Assembly: GCA_024641325.1 (NCBI GenBank)
Contig: JAHEDJ010000001.1
Location: 151,594-215,593 of the forward strand
Direction of reading: 5' to 3'
DNA: 64,000 bases
Source: a bacterium
GTDB taxonomy: Bacteria; Actinomycetota; Acidimicrobiia; Spongiisociales; JAHEDJ01
The position numbers and the translations under genes were made by a program. Positions within the stretch are counted from its first letter, which is position 1; each line of letters starts with the position of its first letter. Below the pieces are notes generated by a model that was given only the letters and a program-made list of their open reading frames with translations, was not told the DNA's origin and made no database searches. Below, one piece after another: positions 1-9,427 of the stretch.

Positions 1-121
1 ACTGCTTGTCGCCTCTAGTTGTCCGCGCGCTGTGGTCGTAAGTTGAGAGCAGGATGCAGCCGTTCTTGATCACCCAACGCGCCGGGATGCGGCGGGTGCC
101 GAACGAATCGAGAACCACAGG

Positions 122-583
122 ATGACCAGTTTGATCGATGAGCTCGAGCGACAGCCTTTCCTCGAAGGTCTCAGTGACGAGCATCTGAGGTTCCTCTCCA
201 ATTTTGTCGATGAGGTGAGCTACGCCGAAGGCGAGGTCATGTTCAGGCAAGGCGAACCGGCCGTCGACTTCTTCCTGATTTACGAGGGGAAGGTGGCCGT
301 CGAGATTGACTCCCCGCGTGGCCCGATTGCCATCCAGACTCTCAAACCCGGGAATCTCCTTGGAGTTTCCTGGCTCTATCCACCTCACCGGTGGCAGTTC
401 GATTCCACGGCGATCGCGCCGACACGCGCATTCCGATTCGATGGAGACGCCGTCCGCGCTGCCTGTGACGAGGATCACACGCTCGGATTCGAGTTGCTCG
501 GGTTGTTTGTCGTTGCACTTGGATCGAGACTCCAGGCCACAAGGTTTCAACTCCTGGAAGTCCTGAGGAGCGCTGCAACCTGA
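122..583 (+). CDS. cyclic nucleotide-binding (cNMP effector) domain protein
   Basis: 153-aa ORF. The pattern FLEGLSDEHLRFL...GEVMFRQGEP...FLIYEGKVAV fits a cNMP-binding beta-barrel. No HTH is attached. A purine-rich stretch (acagga) precedes the ATG. Confidence 0.55.
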   Translation: MTSLIDELERQPFLEGLSDEHLRFLSNFVDEVSYAEGEVMFRQGEPAVDFFLIYEGKVAVEIDSPRGPIAIQTLKPGNLLGVSWLYPPHRWQFDSTAIAPTRAFRFDGDAVRAACDEDHTLGFELLGLFVVALGSRLQATRFQLLEVLRSAAT

Positions 584-626
584 CGCGGTTCCTCTCCGGG
601 TTGCCGACTCTCGTTAGATTCCCATC

Positions 627-1079
627 ATGCGAGCGGTGATTCAGCGAGTGGCGAGAGCAGAGGTAAGAGTCGCCGAGGAAGTCATCGGGTCGATCGGGCC
701 CGGGTTGCTGGTGTTGGTCGGAGTGGCGGATGGTGACTCACAAGCCGACACTCAGATTCTGGCGGAGAAACTGATCGGCCTCCGGATTTTCCGGGACGAT
801 GTCGGGAAGATGAATCGTTCCGTTGCAGAGGCCGGGGGCTCTGTGTTGGTCGTCAGTCAGTTCACTTTGCATGGTGACCTTCGTCGAGGTCGCCGGCCGT
901 CTTTTCTCGCGGCCGCGGCTCCTGAGGTGGCCGAACCCTTGGTCGACGCACTGATAGAGCGTGTCGGGCGGTCAGTGCCCGTCGCCTCTGGTCGTTTCGG
1001 AGCGTTGATGTCCGTTGAACTCGTCAACGATGGGCCCGTGACGATCATCATCGACGTTGTCGACGGCCGGGTGACCTAG
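627..1079 (+). CDS. dtd: D-aminoacyl-tRNA deacylase
   Basis: 150 aa. The N-terminus [15 protein letters not shown] and the internal SQFTL motif are typical of Dtd. Confidence 0.8.
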   Translation: MRAVIQRVARAEVRVAEEVIGSIGPGLLVLVGVADGDSQADTQILAEKLIGLRIFRDDVGKMNRSVAEAGGSVLVVSQFTLHGDLRRGRRPSFLAAAAPEVAEPLVDALIERVGRSVPVASGRFGALMSVELVNDGPVTIIIDVVDGRVT

Positions 1080-1095
1080 TAAGCGGCTCCGCGAA

Positions 1096-1737
1096 CTACC
1101 AGTCAACGGCACTCAGCTGGATCAGCTCTTCGTACACAGATGGATGATCGGCTTCGATAATCGGGAGTCCTCGCTCCCAACGAACCGTTGTGCCGGGATT
1201 GTGGTGTGTGGCGCCATCCGGTAGGAACACCTGGGGAGATCCCTCAATGCCCAGGTCGATCGCTTCGTAGAAGTCCGTCATCACATCCTTGCGAAATCGA
1301 CCATCATCCAGCGCACCTGTCAGTTGGTCGACGGGCAACTGCTCGATGCGGGCAACCTCCAGAAGCTCATCACGCATGCTCAGATTGTGTCCGTGGAGGA
1401 AGAAGGCCTTACGCAAGGCGAAATCGAACTCCTCGCCGATATCTTGGCTGAGCGAGTAGCCCCACTTCTGAGCTTCGAATGCAGCAAGGTAGGACGACGG
1501 CCAAGTCGGGTTGTCGTACGCCGAGAAAACGCTCGATTCGAGCTGAGCTGCTGCGACCATCTCGGCTCGTGTGGCGTGCTCGCTGTGCAGGCCTGCTTCG
1601 GTCAACTCCAAGGGATAGGCGCGGTGCTCGAAGATCACTTCGTCGGCAGACAGATGGTCACGCATGCGGTGCAGTCGTACGGTGGCAACGTATGCCCACG
1701 GACAACGCAAGTCGCTCCAGATCCTCAGGACGGCCAT
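1096..1737 (-). CDS. DsbA-like thioredoxin-fold protein (2-hydroxychromene-2-carboxylate isomerase / FrnE-like)
   Basis: 213 aa. The N-terminal RIWSDLRCPWAYV resembles the DSBA-like fold N-terminus. The motif is CPWA, not CxxC. Confidence 0.5.
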   Translation of the reverse strand: MAVLRIWSDLRCPWAYVATVRLHRMRDHLSADEVIFEHRAYPLELTEAGLHSEHATRAEMVAAAQLESSVFSAYDNPTWPSSYLAAFEAQKWGYSLSQDIGEEFDFALRKAFFLHGHNLSMRDELLEVARIEQLPVDQLTGALDDGRFRKDVMTDFYEAIDLGIEGSPQVFLPDGATHHNPGTTVRWERGLPIIEADHPSVYEELIQLSAVDW

Positions 1738-1805
1738 GTTCCTACCTCCTTGCCCTTGAACCTAGTCCCCGGGGAACTGGTCGGACTGAAGAGATTCGAC
1801 GGTCA

Positions 1806-4800
1806 TCAATCCTGTCCTGCCAGCCACCTGCTCCCGGGTTCGCAGAATCGGGCGAAATCGCAATGCCGGCACGCCGAGGAGGGTTCCGCGTTCCATTCCG
1901 CAGCCTCAATGCGCCCGATGAGTTGCGAGAGGTGAATCTTCGCTCTTTCGATCCATTGGACGTCCGCTCGCTCGCTGACCGTCTCGAGCCCATCGCCGAG
2001 GTAGGCAAACGTCACGTCGATAACCTCCGGTCGATGCGCCGTGAACGGGACCTCAGTCGCAGCCAGCGCGTACGCCTCGAGTTGGACGGCCGTCTCCGGG
2101 AGCTTGGAGGGCCTCCCGGATTTGAAGTCGACGATCTCCCAATGACCGGGCGCCGGTGCGTACACAGCGTCGATTCGCCCGCGTACGGTTGAAGAACCGA
2201 TCTTCAAGTCGAACGGTGCTTCGATGAGCATCGGCTTAGACGTGGCGAATCGTGAGTTCAGGAAAGCATCGAACGGTTTGGTGCCGGCTCGTTCGGTTTC
2301 CGGAGGACCAACGTCGTATGAATCCTCCACAAAGTCGTCGAGCGGGACCTCGCCACGATGGTGCAATTCGATACGTCGGTGGACTTCGACCCCTCTTCGT
2401 GCGGCACCGGACGGCCGTCTCGGCAGGCGGTCCACCTCAGACCAGTAGAACCGCTGAGGGCAGATGGCATAGGTGACCAGTCCCGTAACAGAGGTGGAAA
2501 GCGGGTCGGGTTCGCTTGGCTTCGGAGTCTCTGGAATCCTGAACAGCTTGTCCTGATAATGCTGCACCCGATCATGGTATGCCTCGGAGACACCCAACTC
2601 GGTTGATCGCCTCTCGGCCCAGTCCGAATCCTCGGCCATCGCCCGCATGGCGACATCCCAACCCTCAGGAAAAACCGGATCCGGGGCACCTTCGCCGATC
2701 GCTTCGTATTTCAGCGTCTGCGGACGTTCGCCGGCCTCGTCCGTCCCGAGATCATCGGAGTACCGGGTCGCCAACTCGAAAAGCTCGCTTGGCCTGACAG
2801 GTTGTTTGCGAGGTTCCGGCGTTCCGTACCAGTGAGCACCCGACAGGTAAAGCCTCTCTTTTGCCCGGGTAACCGCCACATAGGCGGTTCGCCACTCCTG
2901 ACGGGAATGCTGCTCCTTGAGGGCCGCCTGTCGATCGGCGACATCCATAGATTCCGAAAGCGGTGGCAGCCTGTCGACGTCCAGGCGGAGGGAATATGGG
3001 AGAACGTGAGCCTTCTCGAACGGATCCTCGTACGACCGCACTCCCGACGGGAAGTTGTTGCGGTAGATGCCGGGAATGAAGACGACCGGCCACTCGAGCC
3101 CCTTGGCCCGATGAACGGTGAGTAGTGCGACGGCATCCTGGCCACTCAGCCTGGCCGGGGTCAGTTCTTCACTGTTGCCATCTGCCATGACATCCAGGTA
3201 TTCGAGGAAGGCAGGAAGCGACGGGCGGCCTTCCAACGGGCTCCACTCCTCGGCGAGATCGAGGAAGCGGTGCAGGTTCAAGCGAACCGACAATCTGGAT
3301 TGGTCGGGCATCGCCTCGATTTCTTGCCAGGAGCCGGTGGCCTGAAGGATCTGCCTGGCCAACTCAACCAGACTGGCCCCCTGGGCGTCCTGCAGGAGGC
3401 CTCGATACAGGGATCGGAATACTTCCAAAGCGTCGCCGGCCGCCAACTCGAGCCCGACGATGGAGTCGAGGCTGTCGATGGCTTCCAGCAACGTGGGTCT
3501 GAGAACGTCTTGGTCGGTGAGGTGGGAGCGAACCCAATGCGTGAGTGGCAGGATGTCTGCAAAACCGAGCCGGTAACGGCTGCCCAGGAGGATGCGCATG
3601 AGGGCGGGACCGTCGGCCGGGTTGTTCAGTATCTTCAGCCAGGCGTGCAACTCCACTATCTCAGGGATCGCCAGCAGGCCCCCGATGCTCGCTACTTCAG
3701 CGGGAATCTGACGTTCTTCAAGAGCCTGCTGCACGAGCGTGATGTCTTTGTTCTTGCGAAACAAAGCCGCCATCTGTCGCCATTCGTAGCCTTCTGCTCG
3801 CAGGTCGAGCAACGTATCGGCGATGAATTCGGCTTCGTCGATGGCCGTGCGAGTCCAACGGGTAGCGACAAGGCCGGGGCCCGTCCCGTCTACCGCGACC
3901 AGGTCCCTTCCCGTGTTCTCACCCGTTCCCCCACGAACTGCATTGGCGAGGTCGATCACTCGTTGGCTTGATCGCCTGTTGACCGTCAGAGATAGTGTCC
4001 TGGCAGGGGCGCCATCGGTTTGTGGAAAGTGTTCCGGAAACGCCGCGAAATTCTCCAACGACGCCCCGCGCCATTCATAGATCGTCTGGTCCGGATCTCC
4101 CACGGCCGTAACCGGGAATCCCTCGCCGAATATCTTCAACAACAGCTCGCGCTGGGCTGGATTCGTATCCTGGTATTCGTCGAGCAGCACGATCCGATAT
4201 CGAGAGCGAATGCGAGCTCCGACATCCGGGTGATCTGCGACGACCCTGTAAGCCAACCGCACGAGGTCGGAGTAGTCAACGGTGCCGAGGCGCCGTTTCT
4301 CTGCCTCGAATCGGGCGACGATTGCGGCCAGCTCACCTCTCTCGTCCCAGGGTTCCCCGGAGCAGCCGGCAGAGTGCTCCACGAGGTCGGCTGCGGTCCG
4401 GAGGTTGTCTCCGAGTTCGGATGCAAGCCTCTCTGGTCGGTCGATCATGCCGCGCCACGTAATGTCCAGATGTTCATATGACCCTGAGTCGATTGAGTCG
4501 AACAACAGTTGGCGTGCGAACGTCGGTGTGATGATCTTCGCGTCGTGTTCCACCCCGGCGAGGACGCCGAACTCACTCAGGATGAGTGCCGCAAACCCGT
4601 GGTATGTGTGGATCTCCACATCGCGACCCGGTAGAACGGTTCCTTCCAGCATCTCGGCGATGCGTTCACCCAACTCCTGGGCAGCCTTGTTGGTGAACGT
4701 GATGCCGAGAACCTGTTCGGGCTGCGCGGCCGACGTCGCGACGAGATGGGCGATCCGCATAGCGAGGGTCGTCGTCTTTCCGGTCCCGGCTCCGGCGGCG

Positions 4801-4895
4801 ATGCGGAGCGGCATTGGCGGGTATTCGACTACCTCGGTCTGTTCGGGTGTTGGGATCAGCTTCATCGCGTGAACGACTCCCGCCCTTCCGGCCAT
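1806..4895 (-). CDS. adnB: UvrD-family helicase fused to a C-terminal Cys-cluster PD-(D/E)XK nuclease; second subunit of an AdnAB-type helicase-nuclease
   Basis: 1029 aa. Walker A GAGTGKTT, helicase motifs VLLDEYQDT and LTVNRRS, and a C-terminal CRHCDFARFC Cys cluster. It overlaps the upstream paralog by 34 nt, as in an operon. Confidence 0.7.
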   Translation of the reverse strand: MAGRAGVVHAMKLIPTPEQTEVVEYPPMPLRIAAGAGTGKTTTLAMRIAHLVATSAAQPEQVLGITFTNKAAQELGERIAEMLEGTVLPGRDVEIHTYHGFAALILSEFGVLAGVEHDAKIITPTFARQLLFDSIDSGSYEHLDITWRGMIDRPERLASELGDNLRTAADLVEHSAGCSGEPWDERGELAAIVARFEAEKRRLGTVDYSDLVRLAYRVVADHPDVGARIRSRYRIVLLDEYQDTNPAQRELLLKIFGEGFPVTAVGDPDQTIYEWRGASLENFAAFPEHFPQTDGAPARTLSLTVNRRSSQRVIDLANAVRGGTGENTGRDLVAVDGTGPGLVATRWTRTAIDEAEFIADTLLDLRAEGYEWRQMAALFRKNKDITLVQQALEERQIPAEVASIGGLLAIPEIVELHAWLKILNNPADGPALMRILLGSRYRLGFADILPLTHWVRSHLTDQDVLRPTLLEAIDSLDSIVGLELAAGDALEVFRSLYRGLLQDAQGASLVELARQILQATGSWQEIEAMPDQSRLSVRLNLHRFLDLAEEWSPLEGRPSLPAFLEYLDVMADGNSEELTPARLSGQDAVALLTVHRAKGLEWPVVFIPGIYRNNFPSGVRSYEDPFEKAHVLPYSLRLDVDRLPPLSESMDVADRQAALKEQHSRQEWRTAYVAVTRAKERLYLSGAHWYGTPEPRKQPVRPSELFELATRYSDDLGTDEAGERPQTLKYEAIGEGAPDPVFPEGWDVAMRAMAEDSDWAERRSTELGVSEAYHDRVQHYQDKLFRIPETPKPSEPDPLSTSVTGLVTYAICPQRFYWSEVDRLPRRPSGAARRGVEVHRRIELHHRGEVPLDDFVEDSYDVGPPETERAGTKPFDAFLNSRFATSKPMLIEAPFDLKIGSSTVRGRIDAVYAPAPGHWEIVDFKSGRPSKLPETAVQLEAYALAATEVPFTAHRPEVIDVTFAYLGDGLETVSERADVQWIERAKIHLSQLIGRIEAAEWNAEPSSACRHCDFARFCEPGSRWLAGQD

Positions 4896-7861
4896 TCAGG
4901 GCAAACGGTCCGTACCGGGCATCGCGAGCATGCGGCGCTCACAGTGGGCGTCCAAACTTCGGCGGCGACCGATCGGCCAATTTCGGCCATCTGCTCCACG
5001 ACATCGTTCAGCTGGGCCGGATCCAGTGCCGACCACCGTTGTTTCCGCTTGGCCAGCGGGTACCAGAACTCGGCTTCAGCCGGCTCACCAAATTCTGTGA
5101 CCGCAGCGTCCTCCATTGCAGCTAACAAGTAGAACGCCAGCTGGATGGAGACGGCAGCCTCGGCAGCAGGCTTCGGTGAAGCTGTTGTCTTGTAGTCGAC
5201 GATACGTACGCCGCCCGAGGGTGTTCTTTCGATTCGGTCTGCCCTACCTCTCCATCGGACGCCCTCGATGGTTGCTTCGAGCGGGTGCTCGAGCAGAACT
5301 GGTACTGCACCCGGCCGAATCCACGCTTCATACATTCCGCGCAGAAGGCGCTCGGCTCGTTTACGCCAGGCCTCCCGGCGGGCGGCCGGTCCGAAATCGA
5401 CCGACGAGATGCGCTCGTCGAGGTGCTCGAGGGCACCCTCGACTAAACCGTGGGTTGCACCGGCTTCGACGGCCGCGCGTTCGGTTTCTTCCAGAACATC
5501 ATGGATGAGCCGCCCGAACGAAGCGTAGGGGCCCGCATCTCCGGCAGCATCGAGACGCCGTCCGAGCGCATACTGCCTTGGACAAGTCGCGTAACTCTCT
5601 GCCTGGCTGGGGGAGAGCTTCAGGTCGGGGTCGATGATTCCCGAATCGACTCCGCGCGGCCTCATTCCCGCCAGCTGGTCCACCGGTCGAATCGCCGGAT
5701 TGGGTCGACGATGGAGGGTTGCTGCGGCCGCCAACCGGCGGGAAGGTGTGGTTGCGGGATCGACCACCATGCGCCTGAGGTGGGCTTCGGCCTCGGCCGG
5801 GGTAACCGGGACCCGATCGTCTGAGTCCATCGGTGGTTCTCTCTCGGTAGCCGCGTCCATCCCTTCGATACCCATTGCCGAAAGGAATCGGCTGGGCCGC
5901 CGCCGCGGGTCGTCACTTCCCGCATCCGTCGCCGTCCAGACGACCAGGCGGGCTGCCCTGGTCATGGCCGTGTATGCGAGCCGCATCTCCTCCTGCAATC
6001 TGAATTGCCGAGCCGCGAGCGGGTCTGGATCATGGTGAGGAGAAAGCAGCCGTGTCTGGAGGATCGAGCGCTGTCTTCGCAGGTCGGGCATCACACCTTC
6101 AACCGCGTCGGCGATGAAGACGATTTCGAAACTGAGGCCCTTCGATTGGTGGAGCGTTGTTAGCGTCAACCGATCGCTCGTGTCACCGGAGTAGCGGAGT
6201 AGGGGAGTGGCTTCGAAGTCTTCCCGCTCGGCCAGGCTGACGTAGCCGGCGAGTGTGAGGTTCGGATCGCGAGCCTCCTGGCGGCTCAGGACCTGGGCAA
6301 ACGCCGACCATGCCGAGCGATAGTCAGCTCGTCCTGGGTCATGAACGAGTGCATCGAATTGGGGGAGCGAATTCCAGAGAACCCAGAACCCGGCGGCGGC
6401 CGATCCTGATGTTGCCCAGGTAGGATTGGCCAGCAATCCGGCTAGTGCATTGGCTCCCGGAACGTAATCCTCGAGGATTGCCGGCCACGGCCGGCCGGAA
6501 CGGAGGCGATGCCTATATGCGTCTCGCTCGATGCTCAGCGGAACGCCGAAGAGTGGGCCGAGAAGCAGACGTCGAATGACACGGTCGGCGTCGAGGCTAC
6601 CTCCGGTGGTGTCGTCGGCCTGAGCCGCGAGGACTATATCGAAGATGAGTCTTACGCCTGGATGATCGACGAGCCGAGCATCCGGAAGATCATGTGGGAT
6701 CGATCGACGCTCCAGTGCCCTTGACAGCTCGGGAAGGAATCTGCGCTTCGATCTCACCAACACGGCGATGGTCTTGATAGGAAGCTCTTCCTCGATATGG
6801 AGGCGTTCGATTTCACCGGCGATCCACTCGGCCTCCTCTGATTGTTGCCGGAATCTGCGAATCTCGACCCGGCCGGAATGCGAAGCTGGGACTACCGGAC
6901 CGGTCCCACCGGGGAGATCGCCGCCGGCAGTCAGTCGGACGGCTGCGGAGAGGATCTCGGGAGGGACGCGGAAGGAGGTTGTTAGGACCAGCCTGTCCGC
7001 CGGCGATCCATCCAGGTTGGTGAACCGGCCCGGGAAATCTGCCACGTTGTGTAACTCGGCGCCCCGAAAGGAGTAGACCGATTGATAGGGGTCGGCCGCA
7101 ACGGTGATATTGCGGTGGTGCTCCGTCAACCTGGCCAGCATTTCGGACTGGGCGGCGGTGGTGTCCTGGTACTCGTCGACGATCAGGTAGTGGAATTGCT
7201 GCGCTACCTGCTCCCGGACTTCAGGATCCTGAAGGAGATCAACGGCGAGCATCTGGAGTGACCCGTAGTCGAGCCGCCCGCGTCTGGTCAGCTCCGTTGC
7301 ATATCGTTCCAGGAAGTCGGGAAGCGCCCGCCAATCATCCCTTTGACGGGCGAGCGAGCGGAGCTCGGCATCGCCGAGCAGGTATTCACGACTTCGCATG
7401 ATGAAGTCGGCCACCTCCTCCGCGAAGGTCATCGAACCAAGGAGCGGGCGGAACAAAACCGGCCATCGACCGGGTTCTTCCGAGGCGAGTAGTTCTGAGA
7501 CTAGGGCAACCTGTTCCGGTCCCGTGAGCAGCGATGGCATCTCGTCCCAGCCAAAGCAGTTCCGACCGTGTCGCTCGAGGAGTCGGAAGGCGAGAGAATG
7601 GAATGTCGAGGCAGGGACTTCGGTGGTCGAGCGGTTGGATCGCTTGAGTACCCGGTCCTTTAGATCTGAGGCAGCTCGACGGGAGAACGTCAGCATGGCG
7701 ATTCGCTCTGCCGGCACCGCGTGCAGCTCCGTGAGCTCCACAAAGCGCCGCACGAGGAACTCGGTTTTGCCCGTCCCCGGTCCCGCCACGACGATCTGCG
7801 ACCCGGCGACCTGTGCTATCGCTTCCGGCCAGTCTTCAGGGCCAATCCGCCACTCAGGCAT
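4862..7861 (-). CDS. adnA: UvrD-family helicase-nuclease; first subunit of an AdnAB-type pair
   Basis: 999 aa. Walker A GPGTGKTEF, motifs VDEYQDT and TSFR, and a C-terminal CSRCPVRTVCPEW Cys cluster. Confidence 0.7.
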   Translation of the reverse strand: MPEWRIGPEDWPEAIAQVAGSQIVVAGPGTGKTEFLVRRFVELTELHAVPAERIAMLTFSRRAASDLKDRVLKRSNRSTTEVPASTFHSLAFRLLERHGRNCFGWDEMPSLLTGPEQVALVSELLASEEPGRWPVLFRPLLGSMTFAEEVADFIMRSREYLLGDAELRSLARQRDDWRALPDFLERYATELTRRGRLDYGSLQMLAVDLLQDPEVREQVAQQFHYLIVDEYQDTTAAQSEMLARLTEHHRNITVAADPYQSVYSFRGAELHNVADFPGRFTNLDGSPADRLVLTTSFRVPPEILSAAVRLTAGGDLPGGTGPVVPASHSGRVEIRRFRQQSEEAEWIAGEIERLHIEEELPIKTIAVLVRSKRRFLPELSRALERRSIPHDLPDARLVDHPGVRLIFDIVLAAQADDTTGGSLDADRVIRRLLLGPLFGVPLSIERDAYRHRLRSGRPWPAILEDYVPGANALAGLLANPTWATSGSAAAGFWVLWNSLPQFDALVHDPGRADYRSAWSAFAQVLSRQEARDPNLTLAGYVSLAEREDFEATPLLRYSGDTSDRLTLTTLHQSKGLSFEIVFIADAVEGVMPDLRRQRSILQTRLLSPHHDPDPLAARQFRLQEEMRLAYTAMTRAARLVVWTATDAGSDDPRRRPSRFLSAMGIEGMDAATEREPPMDSDDRVPVTPAEAEAHLRRMVVDPATTPSRRLAAAATLHRRPNPAIRPVDQLAGMRPRGVDSGIIDPDLKLSPSQAESYATCPRQYALGRRLDAAGDAGPYASFGRLIHDVLEETERAAVEAGATHGLVEGALEHLDERISSVDFGPAARREAWRKRAERLLRGMYEAWIRPGAVPVLLEHPLEATIEGVRWRGRADRIERTPSGGVRIVDYKTTASPKPAAEAAVSIQLAFYLLAAMEDAAVTEFGEPAEAEFWYPLAKRKQRWSALDPAQLNDVVEQMAEIGRSVAAEVWTPTVSAACSRCPVRTVCPEWPEGRESFTR

Positions 7862-8121
7862 CTCGACTCGATCCCAAGTGCTCGGCTACGCGGCCAGTGG
7901 CCGTTCGCACCGACACACCGGGCAGGCCCGGCTCTCCCCGGTGAACAGCTCTTCGGATTCGATTCCGACCTCTGACAACATTCGCTGGATGGCCTGTATC
8001 TCGTTCATGACACCAAGTTATCGGGCGGGTGTGACAGAAAACCGCCCCATGAGGGGAGGGGGCGAAATCTAAGCTTGTCACGCCGCCGAACGAAGGATCA
8101 CGGGTAGGTCCGTGCAGGGGT

Positions 8122-8910
8122 TCACGCCGAACTCGCCAGGGGTTGGTCTGCCTCAACGGCAAAAGCCGGACACCGATCCTGGAAAGAACACCAGTCGCAT
8201 AGTGGCCCAGGGCGGGGAGGGAAGCTTCCAGTGTCGATTGCTCTGTCGATCGCTGCCCAGAGTGCCCGCAGCTGCTGCTCCATGCCGTTCAGGTGTCCCT
8301 CACTGATCGGGAGTCGATAAAGGGTGGGTCCATTGAGATACAACAACCGGACCTCGACTGGTGACCGACCCGTCTTGTGTCGAATCAGAAGCGCATAGAT
8401 CTTGAGGGCGAAGAAAGCCGACAGAGCGAACCGTTCTGGTGGCGCCTTTCCCGTCTTGTAATCGGTGATGACCAGGTCGCCATCGGGCAGTTCATCTATT
8501 CGGTCGAGTATCCCACGGATTGTGATTCCGCCGAGATCCTCGAGCATGTCCATCTCACGTTCCAGCGGGGCTACCTCGACCGGGTTCTCGATAGCAAAAT
8601 AGTTTGCAAGTAGTTCGAGGCTTTCGATTCCCCACGAGCGTTCTTCTTCATCAGTGGCGAACAGATCGGCGTATTCGTCGGTGGCTCGCAGATCCGTCCA
8701 AGCCTTGCGGAAGAGGTCGAAGAGGGCCTCCGGAGTGCGCTGTTCGGGAGAGAAGTCGTATAGGTCCTGAAGGGCCAGGTGGGCTGTCGTCCCGCGAGCC
8801 TGGTAGATGGTCACGGGCTCTGGTATGCGATCAATCGAGCGGAACTTGAAGAGCTGCGGGCACTGCTTGAAGTCGCTCGCTCTGCTCGGCGACAGGGTTT
8901 CTAATGGCAT
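8122..8910 (-). CDS. PD-(D/E)XK nuclease of the RecB/Cas4-like family with a C-terminal 4-Cys cluster
   Basis: The ORF track extends to 9231, but the extra N-terminus is encoded by the repeat region. The in-frame ATG at 8910 (MPLETLSPSRASDFKQCPQLFKF) gives 262 aa. The protein has a DYKTGK motif and a C-terminal CDWCSFQDRCPAF cluster. Confidence 0.6.
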   Translation of the reverse strand: MPLETLSPSRASDFKQCPQLFKFRSIDRIPEPVTIYQARGTTAHLALQDLYDFSPEQRTPEALFDLFRKAWTDLRATDEYADLFATDEEERSWGIESLELLANYFAIENPVEVAPLEREMDMLEDLGGITIRGILDRIDELPDGDLVITDYKTGKAPPERFALSAFFALKIYALLIRHKTGRSPVEVRLLYLNGPTLYRLPISEGHLNGMEQQLRALWAAIDRAIDTGSFPPRPGPLCDWCSFQDRCPAFAVEADQPLASSA

Positions 8911-8954
8911 GTCACGACTATACGACACCGGAATGACACAATTGAGATTCGGTG

Positions 8955-8982
8955 TCGCGAAAACTCCGGTTAGGTCGCGAAA
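8955..8982 (+). promoter_or_regulatory. pair of direct repeats (G)TCGCGAAAA (8955-8962 and 8975-8982) upstream of promoter P1
   Basis: Two identical 8-mers containing the palindromic TCGCGA core, 20 bp apart. The proximal one ends 18 bp before the -35. The same arrangement recurs upstream of P2 (9347-9375). Confidence 0.35.
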
Positions 8983-9000
8983 AGAACCCACCCCTGTGCC

Positions 9001-9030
9001 TTGACGCCCTTCTGCCGGAGGCGTTATGTT
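9001..9030 (+). promoter_or_regulatory. sigma70-like promoter P1 (TTGACG, 18 nt, TATGTT), predicted start near 9037
   Basis: Read directly from the sequence. The -35 is at 9001-9006 and the -10 at 9025-9030. It is oriented into the repeat array and divergent from the nuclease gene. Confidence 0.4.
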
Positions 9031-9036
9031 CATAAG

Positions 9037-9215
9037 TACCGCAGCGCAGGAAACTGCGAGGCGGACTGAAGAGACCGAGAGGACTCTTTGGACCGACATC
9101 GGTGGCAACGCCGGTGAAGGGAGTCTTCGGGAAGACCGAGCCTTCGGGTTAGGAGTTCCCAGGACCGGTAGCCCCGAGAGGGTGATGACTTCGGTCAGAG
9201 CTTTCTCGGGGTTTT
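9037..9215 (+). ncRNA. candidate ~180-nt structured sRNA from P1, ending at terminator-like hairpin T1
   Basis: It contains a CGCAG-GAAA-CUGCG hairpin and two C(UUCG)G hairpins (gucuucggg, gccuucggg). Its last ~60 nt resemble the 3' end of the 693-bp unit. It ends in a CCCCGAGAG...CUUUCUCGGGG stem followed by UUUU. Confidence 0.3.
9172..9215 (+). terminator. intrinsic-terminator-like hairpin T1 (identical T2 at 9865-9908 and T3 at 10558-10601)
   Basis: CCCCGAGAG pairs with CUUUCUCGGGG around an inner GAUGAC-UUCG-GUCAGAG hairpin, followed by UUUUCC. One copy begins each repeat unit. Confidence 0.45.
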
Positions 9216-9392
9216 CCGCGTCAGGGGGCACGATTCGCGATTCGCTTTTCGGGTCCAGGCTGATCCTGCTATCTGCTGTAGGAGGGAGCCAACTGCCGGC
9301 GGCCAGTGGCCATTGGCCTTGGCCTTGGCCTTTGTTGTCCGCTACTTCGCGAAATCTTGGTTCGGGTCGCGAAATCTAGGGTCGCTTTGAGT

Positions 9393-9421
9393 TTGCGTTG
9401 GGTGGGGGTGGCAGATAAGTT
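9393..9421 (+). promoter_or_regulatory. promoter-like element P2 (TTGCGT, 17 nt, TAAGTT) inside the repeat unit; duplicate P2' at 10086-10114
   Basis: Preceded by TCGCGAAA repeats at 9347-9354 and 9368-9375 with the same spacing as at P1. Shares the 9-mer ttctgccgg with the P1 region. Confidence 0.35.
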
Positions 9422-9427
9422 CTCGTT

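Noticed and set aside
2200-4500. Numerous antisense or alternative-frame ORFs over adnAB, recG, smc, ppc and cofH (e.g. 3270-3971+, 33766-34764-, 40601-41590-, 60246-61286-)
   Set aside because: These are high-GC frame artefacts. They are Arg/Pro/Ala-rich, overlap well-supported conserved genes and have no family resemblance.
7886-8008. 40-codon minus-strand ORF (MNEIQAIQRMLSEVGIESEELFTGESRACPVCRCERPLAA) between adnA and the nuclease gene
   Set aside because: It has a single CxxC only, a weak RBS and is below the ORF-track threshold. There is not enough evidence for a gene.
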